35,858 nucleotides of DNA from an uncultured archaeon (GTDB lineage: Archaea; Asgardarchaeota; Lokiarchaeia; Sigyniarchaeales; SOKP01), in contig CAYLZE010000044.1 in NCBI GenBank assembly GCA_964388035.1, positions 1,949-37,806 on the forward strand, written 5' to 3'. This document shows, piece after piece, positions 8,854-17,751 of this stretch. The notes beneath the pieces were generated by a model. The model was not told the origin of the DNA. It did not search any database and saw nothing but the letters and a program-made list of their open reading frames with translations. A program made the position numbers and the translations under genes. Each line of letters opens with the position of its first letter. Within the stretch, counting starts at the first letter, position 1.

Positions 8854-11550
8854 ATGATAGAGAAGGAAGAGTCTGGAGGAGCGTTTGGAAAATGGTTTAT
8901 TGATGAAAATCACCTGCCTGCTTATAAATATACTTGTAATCAATATACTGACCCTCTCGCAAAAACGCCCACAACTTATGGATTTTCTATCGATCATTTC
9001 CATCAAATTGGAAATGATAATATTACAGCTACCGTACATAATGGAGGTCATGTGCAATTTTTGGAATCTAGCCGAGGCATACAATGGCTTACTTTCCAGA
9101 AAAAAGCAAGGGGCAAACTTGGTGGAGGAATAGCAATTGTAAATGAGGAAAAAGAGAAAGATTTCATCTCAGATTTATACGATAAAAATTCTCATCATAC
9201 ATTTGAATTATTTGACCGAATTTTCGGAATAGGTTATTTTCGAAAAGAGATTAAAGTTCACGAGATAGGAGTAGTTCACGACATCATTGCTCCTTTTTCT
9301 AATGATCCGGTGCTAATCTCTGAAATAACCGTTATAAATGAATCGCAAAAAGAAGTAAAAACCTTAACAATAATAGATTTCTGGGATATTTATATACATC
9401 ACGTATTAAAATCTTTAATCGTAACTTGGCGAAATAGAAAGAAATATGGGCACTCAAAGATATTAAATGTTGCGGGGAGACTCTTAAAGTTAATCCAAAG
9501 ACTTTCTTTAACTGATACTGAAAGTTCTAGAAAGAGATTTGACGATAAATTCAAGTTTAATTTTGAATATGATCCCAATTTGAACGCCTTAATATTAAGA
9601 CCGTATTATAGTTCTAAAATTCCAGTTAGAAAAGAACAAGAGGCAAAACACAATTATTATCCAAAAAGCATTTTTTTAGCAATGATTCAAGGTGATGCAG
9701 AGAGGATCTTTTTTGAACAAGAGAAAATTATTAAAAAAAACCATTTTGAAATTAATTGGAGAAATGCAGATTCGCCTGACAAAAATATTCGCAAGAATTC
9801 CATTAATAATCCGTGTCTCGCAATTGGCACCCGCATTACTCTTAAACCTGGTGAAGTGAGAAAAATTAGCTGTATATTTGGTTATGAAGAGAAAAAAAAA
9901 ATTTCTTCATTCTTATCCACGTATGAACATCTATGTAAAAATGATTCCCTTTCGAAATGGAATGCTCAACAATGGAAAAAATCAATGATTTTCATAGATC
10001 TTGAAGATTTTCCTTGGTTAGAAAGAGAAAGCAAGTGGCATTCTTATTATGTGCGGAGCGCTTGCTATTTTGATGAATATTGGAGAAAACATAAATTTCC
10101 CCAAGGGTCCGTGTATGAATTTGGTCACGGGTTTGATGGAGCAATTAGAGATTTCATCTTGTACTTATATTCCATCATTTTTATAAATCCGAAATTAGCA
10201 AAAGAATATCTTACTTACGCTCTGTCTTTCATGACCCATGAGGGTAAATTACCCTATGCAATTCACGGATTTGGTCAAACATTCACGGGTGGTCCGCACT
10301 CTAAACCTTCTGATTTATATCTCTTTTTAATATGGGGGATTCTTCAATATATCTATTCAACTCGAGATTTTGATTATTTAAAAGAAGAAATTCCATTTTA
10401 TCCAAAAACACAAAAACAAAGTTCCACAGTATTAAAAAGATTAGAAATGGCGTTAAATTATCTTGTTTCTGATAAAGTTGGATTTGGATCTCATGGGCTT
10501 CTTAAGTGCAATGATGGTGATTGGTCTGATGGAATCTCTCTAATGGTTAAAAATAGGAAAAAATTCATAGAAAATGGAGAATCAACTTTTAATTCAGCAT
10601 TTGCCGTGTATATTATCCCTAAATTAATTGAAATGCTCAAAGGAAGAAAAGTTAATGCAATTAAAGCATATTGGGATTATTATTCTCATTTAAAGGATGC
10701 AATATTAAAATCTTGGAATGGAAAATGGTTTTATAGAGGCTGGGACGGTATTGGAAATCCTATTGGTAATGATAACCTTTTTTTAGAACATCACGTATGG
10801 ATTTTGCTTGCTAGCTTTTTAGAAAAGGAACAAAATGAGAATTTAATAAATGAAATATATAATCGACTGGACAAGCCTTCCCCAATTGGGCAATATATAT
10901 CATTTCCAGCTCAAAGAACAAAATATAATGTTCTTCCTAAAGGTTGGGATGTCAATGGAGGAATATGGCACGCAATTAATTCTTTACTAACATGGGCATA
11001 TTCAGTGCATGATCCTGAAAAAGCGTTTCAGTCGTTAGTAAAAAATTCTTTACATCAAAGAGCCGCAATTTATCCTCACATTTGGTATGGAATTTGGAGT
11101 GGTCCAGATTCTTACATTGCGGATTATGCTGAAAATTCAGGGCAAGCTTTTTATCATCTTCCAACACCCATGTGCGACTTTCCCATCATGAATCTAAATC
11201 TTCATGCTTGCTATCTTCTTTCCCTTATTAAATTAGCGGGATTTGAAGAACAACCAAATGGCATCGTGATTAAATCAAGATTACCAATTCAAAATTTTTC
11301 ATTTCATTCACCCCTATTTTCCATAATAAAGTCATCTACTACATGGGAGATTGAATACAATCCTTTTATCTGTAAAGGAGTTAACTTAATAATTGAACAG
11401 CCTTCTTGGTGGAATGAGAAGTGTAAAATATCAATAGATGGTAAGTTGATTGAAAATACGTTAAATAAATGGGAACTAGTTGATAATAATATTTATGTAC
11501 ATGTTTTAGAAAATCTTGATAATATTAAACTTATATTAATAAAATCCTAA
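8854..11550 (+). CDS. GH94-like glycoside phosphorylase/hydrolase (beta-sandwich plus (alpha/alpha)6 barrel)
   Basis: GAIRD, SDLYLFL, GDWSDG (catalytic Asp region), ESTFNS, WNGKWFYRG and NGGIW motifs. Confidence 0.75.
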   Translation: MIEKEESGGAFGKWFIDENHLPAYKYTCNQYTDPLAKTPTTYGFSIDHFHQIGNDNITATVHNGGHVQFLESSRGIQWLTFQKKARGKLGGGIAIVNEEKEKDFISDLYDKNSHHTFELFDRIFGIGYFRKEIKVHEIGVVHDIIAPFSNDPVLISEITVINESQKEVKTLTIIDFWDIYIHHVLKSLIVTWRNRKKYGHSKILNVAGRLLKLIQRLSLTDTESSRKRFDDKFKFNFEYDPNLNALILRPYYSSKIPVRKEQEAKHNYYPKSIFLAMIQGDAERIFFEQEKIIKKNHFEINWRNADSPDKNIRKNSINNPCLAIGTRITLKPGEVRKISCIFGYEEKKKISSFLSTYEHLCKNDSLSKWNAQQWKKSMIFIDLEDFPWLERESKWHSYYVRSACYFDEYWRKHKFPQGSVYEFGHGFDGAIRDFILYLYSIIFINPKLAKEYLTYALSFMTHEGKLPYAIHGFGQTFTGGPHSKPSDLYLFLIWGILQYIYSTRDFDYLKEEIPFYPKTQKQSSTVLKRLEMALNYLVSDKVGFGSHGLLKCNDGDWSDGISLMVKNRKKFIENGESTFNSAFAVYIIPKLIEMLKGRKVNAIKAYWDYYSHLKDAILKSWNGKWFYRGWDGIGNPIGNDNLFLEHHVWILLASFLEKEQNENLINEIYNRLDKPSPIGQYISFPAQRTKYNVLPKGWDVNGGIWHAINSLLTWAYSVHDPEKAFQSLVKNSLHQRAAIYPHIWYGIWSGPDSYIADYAENSGQAFYHLPTPMCDFPIMNLNLHACYLLSLIKLAGFEEQPNGIVIKSRLPIQNFSFHSPLFSIIKSSTTWEIEYNPFICKGVNLIIEQPSWWNEKCKISIDGKLIENTLNKWELVDNNIYVHVLENLDNIKLILIKS

Positions 11551-11803
11551 AATCAGTATTCTAAGTTAATAATAAAAAAGACTTTCCTCTAAAATACTTC
11601 TTTTTTCAGTTTCTTAATTCCTATTTTGAATCCATGAAATGGTATATCTTCACTCATGACCTTTAATTAATTCTGTAAATTCATAAAAGTTCATTTGGAT
11701 AATAATCAAATTACTCCAAAATTATCTAAATATACTCATCTCCTAAAGCACACGAAAAGTTATTAATTATAAGTATTTTATCAGCAATTCTAAGTAATCA
11801 TTG

Positions 11804-11819
11804 CATTTAAATTTAAATG
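11804..11819. promoter_or_regulatory. 16-bp perfect palindrome upstream of the moeB-like gene
   Basis: CATTTAAATTTAAATG, about 20 bp before ATG 11839; AT-rich, so possibly chance. Confidence 0.25.
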
Positions 11820-11838
11820 GTTGTAATTTATCAATGTA

Positions 11839-12681
11839 ATGAGTATCATGAATCTAACAGAAAATCAAATTGAAAGATATTCCCGCCAAATAATATTAAA
11901 GGAGGTGGGAGGAATAGGCCAAATGAAATTATTAGATTCTACGATATCAATAATTGGGTTGGGTGCTTTAGGTTCTCCAACTGCGTATTACTTGACTGCA
12001 GCTGGAATAGGTCATTTAAAGATCATTGATTTTGATGTGGTAGAATTGTCTAATTTACATCGCCAAATCTTGCATTTTACCAATGATATTAATAAAAATA
12101 AAACCGCCAGTGCTTTTAGAAAGTTAAAAACATTGAATCCGGATTGTGAAATTGAAATTGTGAATGAGAGGCTTTCACCGAGCAACGTAAAAGCTATTAT
12201 AAAAAACTCTGATTTTGTTATCGAAGGCTCCGATAATCTACCCACTAAAATGTTAGTTAATGATGCTTGCGTCAATCTTAAAAAACCTTTTACTATTGCT
12301 GGTGTTTTAAGATTTCATGGACAGATCATTACTGTTATTCCAGAAAAGTTAACAACATGTTATAGGTGTGTTTTTGGAGACAACACAGAAAGCTCTTTAG
12401 GGATGTCTTGTTCTGAAGCTGGTGTTATGGGCTTAGTTCCCGCAATATTAGGAAGTTTAGAGGCTACTGAAGCTATCAAATTTCTCCTAAATAAGGGAGA
12501 ATTAATTATCAATAAAATCTTGTATGTCGATCTTTTAAATATGAATTTTAACTTTATTGATGTTTTTAGGAATGAAAACTGTTTAGCTTGTGGCTCCAGT
12601 GCCAAAGATTTAGTTCCAATTACTAATTATGGTTTTGATAATCTATGTCCTCGTTCGATGGAAACGGAAAAAATCAAATAA
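11839..12681 (+). CDS. moeB: MoeB/ThiF/UbaA family E1-like adenylyltransferase
   Basis: RYSRQI, GLGALG, DFDVVELSNLHRQ, CYRC, SCSEAGV and CLAC. Confidence 0.9.
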   Translation: MSIMNLTENQIERYSRQIILKEVGGIGQMKLLDSTISIIGLGALGSPTAYYLTAAGIGHLKIIDFDVVELSNLHRQILHFTNDINKNKTASAFRKLKTLNPDCEIEIVNERLSPSNVKAIIKNSDFVIEGSDNLPTKMLVNDACVNLKKPFTIAGVLRFHGQIITVIPEKLTTCYRCVFGDNTESSLGMSCSEAGVMGLVPAILGSLEATEAIKFLLNKGELIINKILYVDLLNMNFNFIDVFRNENCLACGSSAKDLVPITNYGFDNLCPRSMETEKIK

Positions 12682-12917
12682 ATTATTTAAACAAAATAGA
12701 TATCAGGGGAAAAATGTGTCCCATGACATTCGTTTACACCAAATTAGCATTAGAAAAGTTGAAAAAAGATGAAATTTTAGAAGTACTTTTAGATTTTGCT
12801 CCGGCAATTAAAAATATTCCCAACAGTTGCAAGCGTCAGGGCTTAGCGGAAGTAATAGAAATAGTTCCAATGCATACCTCGGAAAAAACTTGGAAATTAA
12901 TATTGAAGAAATTATGA
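12645..12917 (+). CDS. tusA: TusA/SirA family sulfurtransferase
   Basis: IDIRGKMCPMTFVYTKLALEKL..EILEVLLD..A..NIP. Confidence 0.88.
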   Translation: MSSFDGNGKNQINYLNKIDIRGKMCPMTFVYTKLALEKLKKDEILEVLLDFAPAIKNIPNSCKRQGLAEVIEIVPMHTSEKTWKLILKKL

Positions 12918-13107
12918 GGTTTTAAGCTCATGAAGATTATTTGAAACTCCTTCTCTAAGAAAATCTCGTTTTTAATCTATAATTATAAGAAAGGGATGAA
13001 TAAAGCCTTCAATCAACTCTAAAAAAACAAAATAGCTTAACAAGAGATATTAATTCAGAAACTAAATTTTTTAATTAATTATTACACCCTAAATTAATGG
13101 ATTTATT

Positions 13108-13395
13108 CTATCCCCCTGCAATGGCCGGTAATAGAGAGATTTCATCTCCATCACTTACATCGTATTCTTGTGACTTAAATGAACGAATGTCCTTTCCATT
13201 AAGGCTAAAAAGGATGTATTTCTTTATTATTTCGGGAGAATTTAATTTACTTGCTTTTATTTCCTCATTCAAGAGTGAGGTTACCTTTTCAATAACGCTT
13301 TCAAGGTTAATATTATCTTGTAATGAAAGTGTTAAATCCTCTTTTCCGATTAAATCAGATAAAATAGATAAAAATTTTATTTTTATTGAAATCAT
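13108..13395 (-). CDS. MoaD/ThiS/SAMP ubiquitin-like sulfur carrier
   Basis: Beta-grasp pattern LNGKDI..DGDEISLLPAIAGG with terminal Gly-Gly. Confidence 0.92.
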   Translation of the reverse strand: MISIKIKFLSILSDLIGKEDLTLSLQDNINLESVIEKVTSLLNEEIKASKLNSPEIIKKYILFSLNGKDIRSFKSQEYDVSDGDEISLLPAIAGG

Positions 13396-13461
13396 TTCAT
13401 TTTATTCCATTAGGAATGTATTATAATCTCTTTTAAATTTATTTTTAACATATAATTATTG

Positions 13462-13482
13462 ATAATCATTTATTATGATTAT
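13462..13482. promoter_or_regulatory. Inverted repeat, candidate operator in a divergent promoter
   Basis: ATAATCAT-N5-ATGATTAT between the divergent sulfur-carrier and SBP genes. Confidence 0.4.
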
Positions 13483-13531
13483 GAAATAAAATAAAGTTAT
13501 TATTATGACGAATAATTAATAACTCCTTCAG

Positions 13532-14485
13532 GTGAAACACTTTATAAAACATGCACTTAAAATAGGTCATTTATCAACGGCATATCACACAAATTTTATC
13601 ATTATGGGACAAGAAGACCTTGAAAAAGACTTGAAAAATAAAATAAATTGGCAGTTATTCGGTACAGGTCCAGAAATGGTGGAGGCGTTTGCGAAAGAAA
13701 AATTGGATGGTGGTTACATGGGATTACCTCCCGCTATTATTGGAATAGATCAAAATGTTCCTATAAAATGCGTTGCGGGTGGTCACATGGAAGGAACGAT
13801 AATGATAGCATTAAAAAAATACAAACCGATTTCCGTATTGAAATATGATCTACGTGAAGTTTTATCTCAATTTATAGGAAAGTCAATTGGAGTCCCAAGC
13901 AAGGGGTCCATTCATGATGTTATATTAAATCATTTTCTTGATAAATATGCCCTTCGAGATGACATTTCCGTTAAACATTATAAACAATCTGAATTCATTG
14001 CTCTGGATATGAAAAATGCCATTTTGGATGGAGGAGTTGGAACACCTTCGTTGGCAATTTTTGCTGCAACTATTACGGATTCCCATATAGTTATTACACC
14101 CGAATATTTATGGAAAAACAATCCTAGCTACGGTGTCTTTTTTCACAAAAAAATAATTGAAGAGGATCCTGAAACTGTAATTAAATTTTTAGATCTTCAT
14201 AAAAAAGCTTCTTATCTGCTTAGAAATTCTCCGGATCAAGCGGCAGAATTAATCGCAAGGTCTTTTAGCATATTAGATAAAAATTACGTTAAAAACATTT
14301 TAAAAATATCTCCGAAATATTGTATCGCTTTATCGGAAGATTACCTAAACTGTACTATGGAATTTATTAAAATATTAAGAGAATTGGGGTATGTCAAAAA
14401 CAATCTTACTAAGGAGGAAATATTTAATTTTGATTTCATAAAGAAAGTTCATCCTGAAGCTGAACATTATTCTCAACCCGACTAA
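13532..14485 (+). CDS. NitT/TauT/SsuA/THI5-like substrate-binding-fold protein without a signal peptide
   Basis: LKIGHL, F.TGPEMVEAF..LDGGYMGLPP, GKSIGVPSKGSIHD; no hydrophobic N-terminus. Confidence 0.82.
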   Translation: MKHFIKHALKIGHLSTAYHTNFIIMGQEDLEKDLKNKINWQLFGTGPEMVEAFAKEKLDGGYMGLPPAIIGIDQNVPIKCVAGGHMEGTIMIALKKYKPISVLKYDLREVLSQFIGKSIGVPSKGSIHDVILNHFLDKYALRDDISVKHYKQSEFIALDMKNAILDGGVGTPSLAIFAATITDSHIVITPEYLWKNNPSYGVFFHKKIIEEDPETVIKFLDLHKKASYLLRNSPDQAAELIARSFSILDKNYVKNILKISPKYCIALSEDYLNCTMEFIKILRELGYVKNNLTKEEIFNFDFIKKVHPEAEHYSQPD

Positions 14486-15420
14486 GAATATTCTAACATT
14501 TTATTGATCGGTCTTATGGCTTTTTCAGCTATTTCCTTGGGTACTTTTACTTCATAGGTTTTATCATCAAGATGTTCCAGCACACTTTTTATTAATTTAA
14601 GAGTATGCTTTTTCATATTATAACATATCATGTTATTATTTGGTAGATAGAATCTTTTTTCTGGGAAGTCATAGGCCAATTTATCTAAGAGTCCTTTCTC
14701 AGTTCCAATAATAAATTCATCCCCTTTAGCTAAATTTTGTTTTACATGATTATACATTTGAGCGGTGGATCCTACAAAATCTGCCGCATCGCGTACAGCT
14801 CTAGTACATTCGGGATGAACAAGCAGTTTAGCATTGGGATGCAAATCTTTTATTTTTATAATATCCTCGATAGACAATAAAGCATGAGTGATACAATGTC
14901 CATTTTCCGGCATTTTAATTACTTTAATATTTAATTTCTGTTCAACATAATCCGCTAAGTTAGCATCGGGACCAAAAAGTACCGTATCGCAATTGAATTC
15001 ATCCATTATTTTTTGAACGATTCTTACGGCATTAGATGAGGTACAACATATATCGGATTCTGCCTTTACCGCGGCAGTACTATTGACATATGTAACGACA
15101 GGAATATTGGGGTGTTGTAATTTATACTTTTTAACATCTTGAGCAGAAAGGAAGGCAGCCATGGGACAACAAGACTCTGGATTCGGTATTAATATCTTCT
15201 TCTCTTGATTTAAGATGGAAGCTGTTTCTGCCATGAAATCTACTCCAGCAAATATAATATAGTTTGAATCTACTTTTTCTTTGGCGTTTCGTGACAATTC
15301 AAGAGAGTCTCCAATAAAATCGGCAATTTGTTGGATCTCTAGTCGTTGATAATAATGAGCTAATAGAGTCACATCTTTATTTTTTTTCAGCTTAACTATT
15401 TCTGCTTGAAGGGGATTCAT
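14482..15420 (-). CDS. nadA: Quinolinate synthase
   Basis: LAHYYQ, GDSLEL, GVDFMAE, CPMA, YVNS, CTSSNA, GHC..H, HPEC, GST and C.NMK. Confidence 0.97.
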   Translation of the reverse strand: MNPLQAEIVKLKKNKDVTLLAHYYQRLEIQQIADFIGDSLELSRNAKEKVDSNYIIFAGVDFMAETASILNQEKKILIPNPESCCPMAAFLSAQDVKKYKLQHPNIPVVTYVNSTAAVKAESDICCTSSNAVRIVQKIMDEFNCDTVLFGPDANLADYVEQKLNIKVIKMPENGHCITHALLSIEDIIKIKDLHPNAKLLVHPECTRAVRDAADFVGSTAQMYNHVKQNLAKGDEFIIGTEKGLLDKLAYDFPEKRFYLPNNNMICYNMKKHTLKLIKSVLEHLDDKTYEVKVPKEIAEKAIRPINKMLEYS

Positions 15421-15641
15421 TGTAAAAAAATATTTTTCAAGTTCTTGAATAAGCTAATTATTATCAAATTAAAAAACTTAATCTTAAATTAATTTAAAGT
15501 AAAAGGAATTTTTAAAATCAATCAATAACCTCAGTAAAGGCAAAAAATATTTAATTTTCAAATGTATCTATTTGCATTTTTGTTACAAATCGAATTAATC
15601 AACAGAAAGATTACAATGTTCGTAAGCCAAGGGACTTTTTA

Positions 15642-16511
15642 TTAAATTAAAGATCGAAGGGTTTTTAAGTTCATTTTATCCTCTTCTAATGCCTTGCCTT
15701 TAGGGGTTTCTAAGATTCCTGGAAGATCTTTAAATCTCTCATCATTTATAAAAAAACTAAAAGGCTTTTTACCAATTTTTCCTTGTCCTATATGAGTATG
15801 TCTATCCACTTTTGAGCCCAAATCTTTTTCGGAATCATTGAGATGAAAAGCAAATAAGTAATCCAATCCTATGATATTATCAAATTCCTTCCACATCTGA
15901 TCATACTTTTCTTGCGTGGTAAAATCATATCCTGCAGCAAAAGAATGGCACGTGTCAAAACATATGCCTATTTTACTTTGATCTTGAATTTTATCGATAA
16001 TAGTTTTTAAGTCCTGAAAAGAACTTCCAAGATTGTTTCCTTGTCCTGCAGTGGTTTCTAATAATATTTTAAACTTGGGACGATCAATTTCTTTTAAAAG
16101 TATGTTTAGCTGGTTAGCTATCCGAGTTAAGGCAGACATCTCACTTTCGTTCTTATCTTCGATATTAATGGTTCCTGGATGCATAACTGCATATTCTACA
16201 TTTAATTGATTTACTTTTATCAGCTCATCTAACATCGCGTCATGGGATTTTGTTAACTTCTCCTCATCAGAAGTTGCTAAATTAATGAGATAACTATTAT
16301 GAGAGATAATGGGCCATATTTCATCCTTGAATTCCTCTTTTTTTTGAAGAAATTTTTCGATTTCTTCTTTATCTAATGGTTTGGAATTCCAAGATCTCAC
16401 ATTTCGTAAGAAAATTTGAATCGATTCACAACCTAACTTTTTTCCTGCCTCTATAGCAGTATACTTTCCTCCGGAAACACTCATGTGGACTCCTAACCGC
16501 AAAATTAACAC
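15642..16511 (-). CDS. nfo: Endonuclease IV (AP endonuclease)
   Basis: GVHMS, HNSYLINL, HPG, LLETTAGQG, CFDTCH, HLNDS, DRHTHIGQG and ILETP. Confidence 0.96.
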   Translation of the reverse strand: MLILRLGVHMSVSGGKYTAIEAGKKLGCESIQIFLRNVRSWNSKPLDKEEIEKFLQKKEEFKDEIWPIISHNSYLINLATSDEEKLTKSHDAMLDELIKVNQLNVEYAVMHPGTINIEDKNESEMSALTRIANQLNILLKEIDRPKFKILLETTAGQGNNLGSSFQDLKTIIDKIQDQSKIGICFDTCHSFAAGYDFTTQEKYDQMWKEFDNIIGLDYLFAFHLNDSEKDLGSKVDRHTHIGQGKIGKKPFSFFINDERFKDLPGILETPKGKALEEDKMNLKTLRSLI

Positions 16512-16575
16512 CTTAATGGTTGGCTTATATTACTAAAAGAGATAAGAAGAAGAAAAAGAAAAAAATTTGGATTTA

Positions 16576-17751
16576 TTAAGAATTTTTTATCTCATAATTT
16601 ATTTTATCTAATATTTCAATTAAATCAAGGACTTCGAAACCCATATTGAATTTTTGATTAGCATCTTCTAAATTTGTCCTGCAAAAAGGGCAAATAGAGG
16701 ATAAAATACCAGCTCCTGTTTCTTTTGCTTCCCTCAATCTCTCTTCGGAAATCTCTAATGCCCAATCGGGGTAGCCTATTTTAACTCCACCTCCCGCCCC
16801 GCAACACCATGCATTTTCTTTATTCCTTTTCATCTCTACGAGGTTTAATCCGGGAATTTTTTCGAGTACCTTTCTTGGAATATCATACATTCCTACATGT
16901 CTTCCAAGATGGCAAGGATCATGATATGTTACTACCTTATTGAAATCATCTTTAAAGTGAAGTTTTTCTTGATCCAAGAATTGTTTGATTAATTCAACTG
17001 TATGATAAACCATCAAACCATGATCATTTCCTTGCTTTACCCAATCTTGTTTTATAGTTCTATAGCATCCTGCGCATGAGGTAATGATTTTAGAAGCTCC
17101 TACGTTTTTTATTTGAGTAACGTTATAATTGATGATATCTTGGACGGTATCTATCTGTCCTGTTCGAATTAACGGACTACAGCAACAATGTTCATCTATG
17201 AGGGTAAAGTCAATATTTGCTTTTTTCAAAAACCTTAGAGTAGCATCACGAAGTTCTTTCTGGCGATAATTGGACGTACAACCGATAAAGTAAACCCATT
17301 CTGCCTCATCAGGTAGATCATACTTTCTCTTTAATTCTTCATTATTAGAATTTGGTTCACCATAAGGATTATGAAACTCAGAATTCATGGTACGATCATG
17401 CAATGCTTTCTGTTTATCAGGGCAAAAACCATTTAAAACTGCTTCTGCCCTTGCTGCTTCAATGAAATCTACCAAAAAATCGTTAAATTTGTCAAATTGG
17501 CACTGCTCCACGCAGTTTCCACATGTTGTACAAGCGTATAATATATTTGCTAAGTTCTCGCTCCAAGGAAGATCTCCCTTAAGAGTGGCATAGGCCAACC
17601 ATAATCTGCCTCCAGTTGAATAGGATTCAAATCGGAATTTTTTATAGGAAGGGCAATTTATTTCAGAAAAAGATTTGGTGAATTTGCAGTACCCACATCG
17701 AAAGCACCGATGAATCATGGACTTCCAATCTTGTATTTCTTGAGCATTCAT
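16576..17751 (-). CDS. Fe-S oxidoreductase with 2x[4Fe-4S] and CCG domains (GlcF/GlpC/HdrD-like)
   Basis: CFRCGYC..CP, CTTCGNCVEQC, FIGC, CCC, TSCAGC, YHDPCHLGR, CCGAGGG and CPFC. Confidence 0.92.
   Translation of the reverse strand: MNAQEIQDWKSMIHRCFRCGYCKFTKSFSEINCPSYKKFRFESYSTGGRLWLAYATLKGDLPWSENLANILYACTTCGNCVEQCQFDKFNDFLVDFIEAARAEAVLNGFCPDKQKALHDRTMNSEFHNPYGEPNSNNEELKRKYDLPDEAEWVYFIGCTSNYRQKELRDATLRFLKKANIDFTLIDEHCCCSPLIRTGQIDTVQDIINYNVTQIKNVGASKIITSCAGCYRTIKQDWVKQGNDHGLMVYHTVELIKQFLDQEKLHFKDDFNKVVTYHDPCHLGRHVGMYDIPRKVLEKIPGLNLVEMKRNKENAWCCGAGGGVKIGYPDWALEISEERLREAKETGAGILSSICPFCRTNLEDANQKFNMGFEVLDLIEILDKINYEIKNS

Noticed and set aside
13108-13395. Eukaryote-type ubiquitin system
   Set aside because: The sequence is MoaD/SAMP-like, and no E2, RING or JAB genes are nearby
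13097-13426. 109-aa plus-strand ORF
   Set aside because: Antisense shadow of the clear MoaD/SAMP gene
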